From NCBI RefSeq assembly GCF_036971445.1, contig NC_091476.1, positions 81,902,001 through 81,966,000 on the forward strand: DNA of 64,000 nucleotides, in the 5' to 3' direction. A model generated the notes under the pieces. It saw only the letters and a list, made by a program, of their open reading frames with translations. It ran no database searches and was not told the DNA's origin. Positions 21,901-33,870 of this stretch are shown here, one piece after another. A program made the position numbers and the translations under genes. Origin of the DNA: Narcine bancroftii (taxonomy: Eukaryota). Each line of letters opens with the position of its first letter. Position 1 is the stretch's first letter.

Positions 21901-24900
21901 GGGACGGGGCTACTCTCTGTGTGACGAGATGGGGCTTCGCTCCACGTGACGGGACGGGGCTTCGCTCCTCGTGACGGGAAGGGGCTTCGGTCCTCGTGAC
22001 GGGACGGGGCTCCGCTCCGTGTGACGGGACGGAGCGTCGCTCCTCTTGACGGGACGGGGCTTCGCTCCTCGTGACGGGACGGGGCTTTGCTCCGGCTTCG
22101 CTCCTCGTAACGGGATGGGGCTTCGCTCCTCGTGACGGGATGGGGCTTCGCTCCTCTTGACGGGACGCGGCTTCGCTCCTCGTGACGGGACGGGGCTTCG
22201 CTCCTCGTGACGGGATGGGGCTTCGCTCCTTGTCCCTGCCATGGGAGTGTGTGACGGGAAGGGGCTTCGCTCTGTGTGACGGTATGGGTCTTCACTCTGT
22301 CTCCACGCCCCAGGAGTGTGTGAAGGGTTGGGGCTTTGCTCTGAGTCCCTGCCCCAGGTGTGTGTGACGGGACGGGACGGGGCTTCTCTCTGTGTGACGG
22401 AAGGGGCTTCGTTCCGTGTGACGGGACGGGCCTTCGCTCCGCGTGACGGAACGGGGTTTCGCTCCGTGTGATTGGACGGGGCTTGGCTCCGTGTGACGGG
22501 ACGGGGCTTCGCTCCATGTGACGGTATGGGGCTTCACTCTGTCTCCACGCCCCAGGAGTGTGTGAAGGGTTGGGGCTTTGCTCTGAGTCCCTGCCCCAGG
22601 TGTGTGTGACGGGACGGGGCTTCGCTCCGGGTGACGGGATGGGGCTTAGCTCCGTGTGGCGGGACGGGGCTTTCCTCCATGTGATGTGACGGTGGCTTCT
22701 CTCCTAGAGACGGGACGGGGCATCTCTCCTCGTGACGGGACAGGGCTTCTCTCCTTGTGACGGGACGGGGCTTCGCTCCTTGTGACGGGACGGGGCTTCG
22801 CTCCGTGTGACGGGACAGGGTGAGACTTTGCTTTGTGTGACGGGTCAGGGCTTCATTCTGTGTCCCTGCCTCGGGAGAGTGTGACGGGACTGTGCTTCGC
22901 TCTGTGTGACTGGACAGGGCTTCCCTCTGTCTCCCCACCCATGGAGTGTTTGACGGGACGGGGCGACGGTTTGTGTGACGGGACGTGGCGACGCTACGTG
23001 TCTCCGCCCCAGCATTGTGTGACGGGATGGCGCTTCACTCTCTGTCCCTGCCCCGCGAGTTTGACGGGACGGGAATCCAGTCCGTGTAAAGGGTCGGGGC
23101 TTCGCTCCGTGTGACGGGAGTGGACGAGGCTTCGCTCCGTGTGACGGGACGGGGCTTCGCTCCGCGTGACGGATCAGGACTTTGCTCTGTGTCCCTGCCC
23201 CGGGAATGTGTGAAGGGTTGGGGCTTTGCTCTGTGTCTACACCCCAGGTATTTGTGACGGGACGGGGCTTTGCTCTGTGTGACGGGACGGGCTTTGCTCT
23301 GTGTGACGGGACGGGGCTTTGATCTGCGTGACGGGACGGGGCTTTGCTCTGTGTGACGGGAAGGTGATTTGCTCTGTGTGACAGGACGGGGTTTGCTCTG
23401 TGTGACGGGATGGGTCTTCACTCTGTGTGACGGGAAGTGGCTTCTCTCTGTGTGAAGGGACGGGGCTTCGCTCTATGTGACGGGACAGGACTTTGCTCCA
23501 TGTGACGGGTCGGGTCTTCGCAGTGTGTGACGGGACGGGGCTTCGCTCCGTGTGACGGGACGTGGCTTCGATCCGTATGACAGGACGGGGCTTCACTCTG
23601 CGTGACGGGACGCGGCTTCACTCTGTTTCACCGCCCCAGGAGTTTTTGACGGGACGTGGCGACGCTTTGTGTGATGGGACGGGGCGATGCTACGTGCCTT
23701 CGCCCCAGCATTGTGCGACGGGATGGTGCTTCACTCTCTGTTCCTGCCCCGGGAGTGTGACGGGACGGGGCTTCGCTCCGTGTGACGGGACGGGGCTTCG
23801 CTCCGTGTGACGGATAGGGGCTTCGCTCCGTGTGACGGGAGAGGACGAGGATTTGCTCTGCGTAACGGGACAGGGCCACGCTCTTCGTGACGGGACCGGG
23901 ATTTACTCTGTGTCCCGGCCCCGGGAATGTGTGAAGGGTTGGGGCTTTGCTCTGTGTCTACACCCCAGGTATGTGTGACGGGACGGGGCTTTGCTCTGTG
24001 TGACGGGAAGTGGATTTGCTCTGTGTGACAGGACGGGGTTTGCTCTGTGTGACGGGATGGGTCTTCACTCTGTGTGATGGGAAGGGGATTCTATCTGTGT
24101 GAAGGGACGGGACTTCACTCCGTGTGACGGATAGGGGCTTCGCTCCGTGTGACGGGAGAGGACGAGGATTTGCTCTGCGTAACGGGACAGGTCCTTGTTG
24201 TTTGTGACGGGACCGGGATTACTTTGTGTCCCGGCCCCGGGAGTGTGTGAAGGGTTGGAGCTTTGCTCTGTGTCCCCACCCCAGGTTTGTGTGACGGGAT
24301 GGGGCTTTGCTCTGTGTGACGGGATGGGGCTACTCTCTGTGTGACGAGACGGGGCTTCGCTCCACGTGATGGGATGGGGCTTCGCACCTCGTGACGGGAC
24401 GGGGCTTCGCTCCTCGTGACGGGAAGGGGCTTCGGTCCTCGTGACGGGATGGGGCTCCGCTCCGTGTGACGGGACGGAGCGTCGCTCCTCGTGACGGGAC
24501 GGGGCTTCGCTCCTCGTGACGGGACGGGGCTTTGCTCCTGCTTCGCTCCTCGTAACGGGATGGGGCTTCGCTCCTCGTGACGGGATGGGGCTTCGCTCCT
24601 CTTGACGGGACGCGGCTTCGCTCCTCGTGACGGGACGGGGCTTCGCTCCTCGTGACGGGATGGGGCTTCGCTCCTTGTCCCTGCCATGGGAGTGTGTGAC
24701 GGGAAGGGGCTTCGCTCTGTGTGACGGTATGGGTCTTCACTCTGTCTCCACGCCCCAGGAGTGTGTGAAGGGTTGGGGCTTTACTCTGAGTCCCTGCCCC
24801 AGGTGTGTGTGACGGGACGGGACGGGGCTTCTCTCTGCGTGACGGAAGGGGCTTCGTTCCGTGTGACGGGACGGGCCTTCGCTCCGCGTGACGGAACGGG

Positions 24901-27900
24901 GTTTCGCTCCGTGTGATGGGACGGGGCTTGGCTCCGTGTGACGGGACGGGGCTTCGCTCCATGTGACGGTATGGGGCTTCACTCTGTCTCCACGCCCCAG
25001 GAGTGTGTGAAGGGTTGGGGCTTTGCTCTGAGTCCCTGCCCCAGGTGTGTGTGACGGGACGGGGCTTCGCTCCGGGTGACGGGATGGGGCTTAGCTCCGT
25101 GTGGCGGGACGGGGCTTTCCTCCATGTGATGTGACGGTGGCTTCTCTCCTAGAGACGGGACGGGGCATCTCTCCTCGTGACGGGACAGGGCTTCTCTCCT
25201 TGTGACGGGACGGGGCTTCGCTCCTTGTGACGGGACGGGGCTTCGCTCCGTGTGACGGGACAGGGTGAGACTTTGCTTTGTGTGACGGGTCAGGGCTTCA
25301 TTCTGTGTCCCTGCCTCGGGAGAGTGTGACGGGACTGTGCTTCGCTCTGTGTGACTGGACAGGGCTTCCCTCTGTCTCCCCACCCATGGAGTGTTTGACG
25401 GGACGGGGCGACGGTTTGTGTGACGGGACGTGGCGACGCTACGTGTCTCCGCCCCAGCATTGTGTGACGGGATGGCGCTTCACTCTCTGTCCCTGCCCCG
25501 CGAGTTTGACGGGACGGGAATCCAGTCCGTGTAAAGGGTCGGGGCTTCGCTCCGTGTGACGGGAGTGGACGAGGCTTCGCTCCGTGTGACGGGACGGGGC
25601 TTCGCTCCGCGTGACGGATCAGGACTTTGCTCTGTGTCCCTGCCCCGGGAATGTGTGAAGGGTTGGGGCTTTGCTCTGTGTCTACACCCCAGGTATTTGT
25701 GACGGGACGGGGCTTTGCTCTATGTGACGGGACGGGCTTTGCTCTGTGTGACGGGACGGGGCTTTGATCTGCGTGACGGGACGGGGCTTTGCTCTGTGTG
25801 ACGGGAAGGTGATTTGCTCTGTGTGACAGGACGGGGTTTGCTCTGTGTGACGGGATGGGTCTTCACTCTGTGTGACGGGAAGTGGCTTCTCTCTGTGTGA
25901 AGGGACGGGGCTTCGATCTATGTGACGGGACAGGACTTTGCTCCATGTGACGGGTCGGGTCTTCGCAGTGTGTGACGGGACGGGGCTTCGCTCCGTGTGA
26001 CGGGACGTGGCTTCGATCCGTATGACAGGACGGGGCTTCACTCTGCGTGACGGGACGCGGCTTCACTCTGTTTCACCGCCCCAGGAGTTTTTGACGGGAC
26101 GGGGCGACGCTTTGTGTGATGGGACGGGGCGATGCTACGTGCCTTCGCCCCAGCATTGTGCGACGGGATGGCGCTTCACTCTCTGTCCCTGCCCCGCGAG
26201 TGTGACGGGACGGGAATCCAGTCCGTGTAAAGGGTCGGGGCTTCGCTCCGTGTGACGGGAGTGGACGAGGCTTCACTCCGTGTGACGGGACGGGGCTTCG
26301 CTCCGCGTGACGGATCAGGACTTTGCTCTGTGTCCCTGCCCCGGGAATGTGTGAAGGGTTGTGGCTTTGCTCTGTGTCTACACCCCAGGTATTTGTGACG
26401 GGACGGGGCTTTGCTCTGTGTGACGGGACGGGCTTTGCTCTGTGTGACGGGACGGGGCTTTGATCTGCGTGACGGGACGGGGCTTTGCTCTGTGTGACGG
26501 GAAGGGGATTTGCTCTGTGTGACAGGACGGGGTTTGCTCTGTGTGACGGGATGGGTCTTCACTCTGTGTGACGGGAAGTGGCTTCTCTCTGTGTGAAGGG
26601 ACGGGGCTTTGCTCTGTGTGACGGGACGGAGCTTTGATCTGCGTGACGGGACGGGGCTTTGCTCTGTGTGACGGGAAGTGGATTTGCTCTGTGTGACAGG
26701 ACGGGGTTTGCTCTGTGTGACGGGATGGGTCTTCACTCTGTGTGATGGGAAGGGGATTCTATCTGTGTGAAGGGACGGGACTTCACTCCGTGTGACGGAT
26801 AGGGGCTTCGCTCCGTGTGACGGGAGAGGACGAGGATTTGCTCTGCGTAACGGGACAGGTCCTTGTTGTTTGTGACGGGACCGGGATTACTTTGTGTCCC
26901 GGCCCCGGGAGTGTGTGAAGCGTTGGAGCTTTGCTCTGTGTCCCCACCCCAGGTTTGTGTGACGGGATGGGGCTTTGCTCTGTGTGACGGGACGGGGCTA
27001 CTCTCTATGTGACGAGATGGGGCTTCGCTCCACGTGATGGGATGGGGCTTCGCACCTCGTGACGGGACGGGGCTTCGCTCCTCGTGACGGGAAGGGGCTT
27101 CGGTCCTCGTGACGGGACGGGGCTCCGCTCCGTGTGACGGGACGGAGCGTCGCTCCTCGTGACGGGACGGGGCTTCGCTCCTCGTGACGGGACAGGGCTT
27201 TGCTCCGGCTTCGCTCCTCGTAACGGGATGGGGCTTCGCTCCTCGTGACGGGATGGGGCTTCGCTCCTCTTGACGGGACGCGGCTTCGCTCCTCGTGACG
27301 GGACGGGGCTTCGCTCCTCGTGACGGGATGGGGCTTCGCTCCTTGTCCCTGCCATGGGAGTGTGTGACGGGAAGGGGCTTCACTCTGTGTGACGGTATGG
27401 GTCTTCACTCTGTCTCCACGCCCCAGGAGTGTGTGAAGGGTTGGGGCTTTGCTCTGAGTCCCTGCCCCAGGTGTGTGTGACGGGACGGGACGGGGCGTCT
27501 CTCTGTGTGACGGAAGGGGCTTCGTTCCGTGTGACGGGACGGGCCTTCGCTCCGCGTGACGGAACGGGGTTTCGCTCCGTGTGATGGGACGGGGCTTGGC
27601 TCCGTGTGACGGGACGGGGCTTCGCTCCATGTGACGGTATGGGGCTTCACTCTGTCTCCACGCCCCAGGAGTGTGTGAAGGGTTTGGGCTTTGCTCTGAG
27701 TCCCAGCCCCAGGTGTGTGTGACGGGACGGGGCTTCGCTCCGGGTGACGGGATGGGGCTTAGCTCCGTGTGGCGGGACGGGGCTTTCCTCCATGTGATGT
27801 GACGGTGCCTTCTCTCCTAGAGACGGGACGGGGCATCTCTCCTCGTGACGGGACAGGGCTTCTCTCCTTGTGACGGGACGGGGCTTCGCTCCTTGTGACG

Positions 27901-30900
27901 GGACGGGGCTTCGCTCCGTGTGACGGGACAGGGTGAGACTTTGCTTTGTGTGACGGGTCAGGGCTTCATTCTGTGTCCCTGCCTCGGGAGAGTGTGACGG
28001 GACTGTGCTTCGCTCTGTGTGACTGGACAGGGCTTCCCTCTGTCTCCCCACCCATGGAGTGTTTGACGGGACGGGGCGACGGTTTGTGTGACGGGACGTG
28101 GCGACGCTACGTGTCTCCGCCCCAGCATTGTGTGACGGGATGGCGCTTCACTCTCTGTCCCTGCCCCGCGAGTTTGACGGGACGGGAATCCAGTCCGTGT
28201 AAAGGGTCGGGGCTTCGCTCCGTGTGACGGGAGTGGACGAGGCTTCGCTCCGTGTGACGGGACGGGGCTTCGCTCCGCGTGACGGATCAGGACTTTGCTC
28301 TGTGTCCCTGCCCCAGGAATGTGTGAAGGGTTGGGGCTTTGCTCTGTGTCTACACCCCAGGTATTTGTGACGGGACGGGGCTTTGCTCTGTGTGACGGGA
28401 CGGGCTTTGCTCTGTGTGACGGGACGGGGCTTTGATATGCGTGACGGGACGGGGCTTTGCTCTGTGTGACGGGAAGGTGATTTGCTCTGTGTGACAGGAC
28501 GGGGTTTGCTCTGTGTGACGGGATGGGTCTTCACTCTGTGTGACGGGAAGTGGCTTCTCTCTGTGTGAAGGGACGGGGCTTCGCTCTATGTGACGGGACA
28601 GGACTTTGCTCCATGTGACGGGTCGGGTCTTCGCAGTGTGTGACGGGACGGGGCTTCGCTCCGTGTGACGGGACGTGGCTTCGATCCGTATGACAGGACG
28701 GGGCTTCACTCTGCGTGACGGGACGCGGCTTCACTCTGTTTCACCGCCCCAGGAGTTTTTGACGGGACGGGGCGACGCTTTGTGTGATGGGACGGGGCGA
28801 TGCTACGTGCCTTCGCCCCAGCATTGTGCGACGGGATGGTGCTTCACTCTCTGTTCCTGCCCCGGGAGTGTGACGGGACGGGGCTTCGCTCCGTGTGACG
28901 GGACGGGGCTTCGCTCCGTGTGACGGATAGGGGCTTCGCTCCGTGTGACGGGAGAGGACGAGGATTTGCTCTGCGTAACGGGACAGGGCCACGCTCTTCG
29001 TGACGTGACCGGGATTTACTCTGTGTCCCGGCCCCGGGAATGTGTGAAGGGTTGGGGCTTTGCTCTGTGTCTACACCCCAGGTATGTGTGACGGGACGGG
29101 GCTTTGCTCTGTGTGACGGGAAGTGGATTTGCTCTGTGTGACAGGACGGGGTTTGCTCTGTGTGACGGGATGGGTCTTCACTCTGTGTGATGGGAAGGGG
29201 ATTCTATCTGTGTGAAGGGACGGGACTTCACTCCGTGTGACGGATAGGGGCTTCGATCCGTGTGACGGGAGAGGACGAGGATTTGCTCTGCGTAACGGGA
29301 CAGGTCCTTTTTGTTTGTGACGGGACCGGGATTACTTTGTGTCCCGGCCCCGGGAGTGTGTGAAGGGTTGGAGCTTTGCTCTGTGTCCCCACCCCAGGTT
29401 TGTGTGACGAGACGGGGCTTCGCTCCACGTGATGGGATGGGGCTTCGCACCTCGTGACGGGACGGGGCTTCGCTCCTCGTGACGGGAAGGGGCTTCGGTC
29501 CTCGTGACGGGACGGGGCTCCGCTCCGTGTGACGGGACGGTGCTTCGGTCCGTGTCACGGGACGGGGCTTCGCTCCTCGTGACGGGACGGGGCTTTGCTC
29601 CGGCTTCGCTCCTCGTAACGGGATGGGGCTTCGCTCCTCGTGACGGGATGGGGCTTCGCTCCTCTTGACGGGACGCGGCTTCGCTCCTCGTGACGGGACG
29701 GGGCTTCGCTCCTCGTGACGGGATGGGGCTTCGCTCCTTGTCCCTGCCATGGGAGTGTGTGACGGGAAGGGGCTTCGCTCTGTGTGACGGTATGGGTCTT
29801 CACTCTGTCTCCACGCCCCAGGAGTGTGTGAAGGGTTGGGGCTTTGCTCTGAGTCCCTGCCCCAGGTGTGTGTGACGGGACGGGACGGGGCTTCTCTCTG
29901 TGTGATGGAAGGGGCTTCGTTCCGTGTGACGGGACGGGCCTTCGCTCCGCGTGACGGAACGGGGTTTCGCTCCGTGTGATTGGACGGGGCTTGGCTCCGT
30001 GTGACGGGACGGGGCTTCGCTCCATGTGACGGTATGGGGCTTCACTCTGTCTCCACGCCCCAGGAGTGTGTGAAGGGTTGGGGCTTTGCTCTGAGTCCCT
30101 GCCCCAGGTGTGTGTGACGGGACGGGGCTTCGCTCCGGGTGACGGGATGGGGCTTAGCTCCGTGTGGCGGGACGGGGCTTTCCTCCATGTGATGTGACGG
30201 TGGCTTCTCTCCTAGAGACGGGACGGGGCATCTCTCCTCGTGACGGGACAGGGCTTCTCTCCTTGTGACGGGACGGGGCTTCGCTCCTTGTGACGGGACG
30301 GGGCTTCGCTCCGTGTGACGGGACAGGGTGAGACTTTGCTTTGTGTGACGGGTCAGGGCTTCATTCTGTGTCCCTGCCTCGGGAGAGTGTGACGGGACTG
30401 TGCTTCGCTCTGTGTGACTGGACAGGGCTTCCCTCTGTCTCCCCACCCATGGAGTGTTTGACGGGACGGGGCGACGGTTTGTGTGACGGGACGTGGCGAC
30501 GCTACGTGTCTCCGCCCCAGCATTGTGTGATGGGATGGCGCTTCACTCTCTGTCCCTGCCCCGCGAGTTTGACGGGACGGGAATCCAGTCCGTGTAAAGG
30601 GTCGGGGCTTCGCTCCGTGTGACGGGAGTGGACGAGGCTTCGCTCCGTGTGACGGGACGGGGCTTCGCTCCGCGTGACGGATCAGGACTTTGCTCTGTGT
30701 CCCTGCCCCGGGAATGTGTGAAGGGTTGGGGCTTTGCTCTGTGTCTACACCCCAGGTATTTGTGACGGGACGGGGCTTTGCTCTGTGTGACGGGACGGGC
30801 TTTGCTCTGTGTGACGGGACGGGGCTTTGATCTGCGTGACGGGACGGGGCTTTGCTCTGTGTGACGGGAAGGTGATTTGCTCTGTGTGACAGGACGGGGT

Positions 30901-31230
30901 TTGCTCTGTGTGACGGGATGGGTCTTCACTCTGTGTGACGGGAAGTGGCTTCTCTCTGTGTGAAGGGACGGGGCTTCGATCTATGTGACGGGACAGGACT
31001 TTGCTCCATATGACGGGTCGGGTCTTCGCAGTGTGTGACGGGACGGGGCTTCGCTCCGTGTGACGGGACTTGGCTTCGATCCGTATGACAGGACGGGGCT
31101 TCACTCTGCGTGACGGGACGCGGCTTCACTCTGTTTCACCGCCCCAGGAGTTTTTGACGGGACGGGGCGACGCTTTGTGTGATGGGACGGGGCGATGCTA
31201 CGTACCTTCGCCCCAGCATTGTGCGACGGG
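21080..31230 (+). repeat. Tandem duplication of about 5.1 kb, each unit containing a ~2.4 kb internal repeat
   Basis: Offsets 21088/26176 and 21645/26733 = 5088; 22182/27295, 22833/27946, 23562/28675 = 5113; 24627/29690, 25278/30341, 26007/31070 = 5063. Internal offsets 22833/25278 = 2445 and 27946/30341 = 2395. Confidence 0.88.
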
Positions 31231-31859
31231 ATGGTGCTTCACTCTCTGTTCCTGCCCCGGGAGTGTGACGGGACGGGGCTTCGCTCCGTGTGACGGGACG
31301 GGGCTTCGCTCCGTGTGACGTATAGGTGCTTCGCTCCGTGTGACGGGAGAGGACGAGGATTTGCTCTGCGTAACGGGACAGGGCCTCGCTCTTCGTGACG
31401 GGAGCGGAATTTACTCTGTGTCCCGGCCCCGGGAGTGTGTGAAGGGTTGGAGCTTTGCTCTGTGTCCCCACCCCAGGTTTGTGTGACGGGATGGGGCTTT
31501 GCTCTGTGTGACGGGACGGGGCTTTGCTCTGTGTGACGGGACGGGGCTTTGCTCTGTGTGACGGGATGGGTCTTCACTCTGTGTAAGGTGACGGGGCTTC
31601 TATCTGTGTGACGAGACGGGGCTTCGCTCCACGTGACGGGACGGGGCTTTGCTCCTCGTGACGGGACGGGGCTTCGCTCCTCGTGACGGGACGGGGCTTC
31701 GCTCTTCGTGACGGGACGGGGCTTCGCTCCTCGTGACGGGACGGGACTTCGCTCCTCGTGACGGGACGGGGCTTCGCTCCTCTTGACGGGTCGGGGCTTC
31801 GCTCCTCGTGACGGGACGGGGCTTCGCTCCTCGTGACGGAACGGGGCTTCTATCCGTAT

Positions 31860-33870
31860 GACGGGACGGGGCTTCGCTCTGCGTGACGGGACGCGGCTTC
31901 ACTCCGTTTCACCGCCCCTGGAGTTTTTGGCGGGACGGGGCGACGCTTTGTGTGATGGGACGGGGCGATGCTACGTGCCTCCGCCCCAGCATTGTGCGAC
32001 GGGATGGTGCCTCACTCTCTTCCCTGCCCTGGGAGTGTGACGGGACGGGGCTTCGCTCCGTGTGACATATAGGGGCTTCGCTCCGTGTGACTGGAGAGGA
32101 CGAGGATTTGCTCTGCGTAACGGGACAGGGCCTCGCTCTTTGTGACGGGACCGGGATTTACTCTGTGTCCCGGCCCCGGGAGTGTGTGAAGGGTTGGAGC
32201 TTTGCTCTGTGTCCCCACCCCAGGTTTGTGTAACGGTATGGGGCTTTGCTCTGTGTGACGGGACGGGGCTTTGCTCTGTGTGACGGGACGGGGCTTTGCT
32301 CTGTGTGACGGGATGGGTCTTCACTCTGTGTGACGGGACGGGGCTTCTCTCTGTGTGACGAGACGGGGCTTCGCTCCACGTGACGGGACGGGACTTCGCT
32401 CCTCGTGACGGGACGGGGCTTCGCTCCTCGTGACGGGACGGGGCTTCGCTCCTCGTGACGGGACGGGGCTTGCTCCTTGTGACGGGACAGGGCTTCTCTC
32501 CTCGTGACGGGACGGGGCTTCGCTCCACGTGACGGGACGGGGCTTCGCTCCTCGTGACGGGACGGGGCTTCGCTCCTCGTGACGGGACGGGGCTTCGCTC
32601 CTCGTGACGGGACGTGGCTTCGCTCTTTGTGACGGGACGGGGCTTCGCTCCTCGTGACGGGACGGGGCTTCGCTCCTCGTGACGGGACGGGGCTTCGCTC
32701 CACGTGACGGGATGGGGCTTCCCTCCTCGTGACGGGACCGGGCTTCGCTCCTCTTGACGGGACGCGGCTTCGCTCCTCGTGACGGTACGGGGCTTCGCTC
32801 CTTGTGACTGGACGGGGCTTCGCTCATCGTGACGGGACGGGGCTTCGCTCCTCGTGAAGGGACGGGGCTTCGCTCTGCGTGACGGGACGCGGCTTCACTC
32901 CGTTTCACCGCCCCTGGAGTTTTTGGCGGGATGGGGCGACGCTTTGTGTGATGGGACGTGGCGATGCTACGTGCCTCCGCCCCAGCATTGTGCGACGGGA
33001 TGGTGCCTCACTCTCTTCCCTGCCCTGGGAGTGTGACGGGACGGGGCTTCGCTCCGTGTGACATATAGGGGCTTCGCTCCGTGTGACGGGAGAGGACGAG
33101 GATTTGCTCTGCGTAACGGGACAGGGCCTCGATCTTTGTGACGGGACCAGGATTTACTCTGTGTCCCGGCCCCGGGAGTGTGTGAAGGGTTGGAGCTTTG
33201 CTCTGTGTCCCCACCCCAGGTTTGTGTAACGGTATGGGGCTTTGCTCTGTGTGACGGGACGGGGCTTTGCTCTGTGTGACGGGATGGGGCTTTGCTCTGT
33301 GTGACGGGATGGGTCTTCACTCTGTGTGACGGGACGGGGCTTCTCTCTGTGTGACGAGACGGGGCTTCGCTCCACGTGACGGGACGGGACTTCGCTCCTC
33401 GTGACGGGACGGGGCTTCGCTCCTCGTGACGGGACGGGGCTTCGCTCCTCGTGACGGGACGGGGCTTGCTCCTTGTGACGGGAGAGGGCTTCTCTCCTCG
33501 TGACGGGACGGGGCTTCGCTCCACGTGACGGGACGGGGCTTCGCTCCTCGTGACGGGACGGGGCTTCGCTCCTCGTGACGGGACGGGGCTTCGCTCCTCG
33601 TGACGGGACGGGGCTTCGCTCTTTGTGACGGGACGGGGCTTCGCTCCTTGTGACGGGACGGGGCTTCGCTCCTCGTGACGGGACGGGGCTTCGCTCCACG
33701 TGACGGGATGGGGCTTCCCTCCTCGTGACGGGACCGGGCTTCGCTCCTCTTGACGGGACGCGGCTTCGCTCCTCGTGACGGTATGGGGCTTCGCTCCTTG
33801 TGACTGGACGGGGCTTCGCTCATCGTGACGGGACGGGGCTTCGCTCCTCGTGAAGGGACGGGGCTTCGCT
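31860..33870 (+). repeat. 996-bp tandem duplication
   Basis: Offsets 31858/32854, 31971/32967, 32158/33154, 32321/33317 are all 996. Confidence 0.88.
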
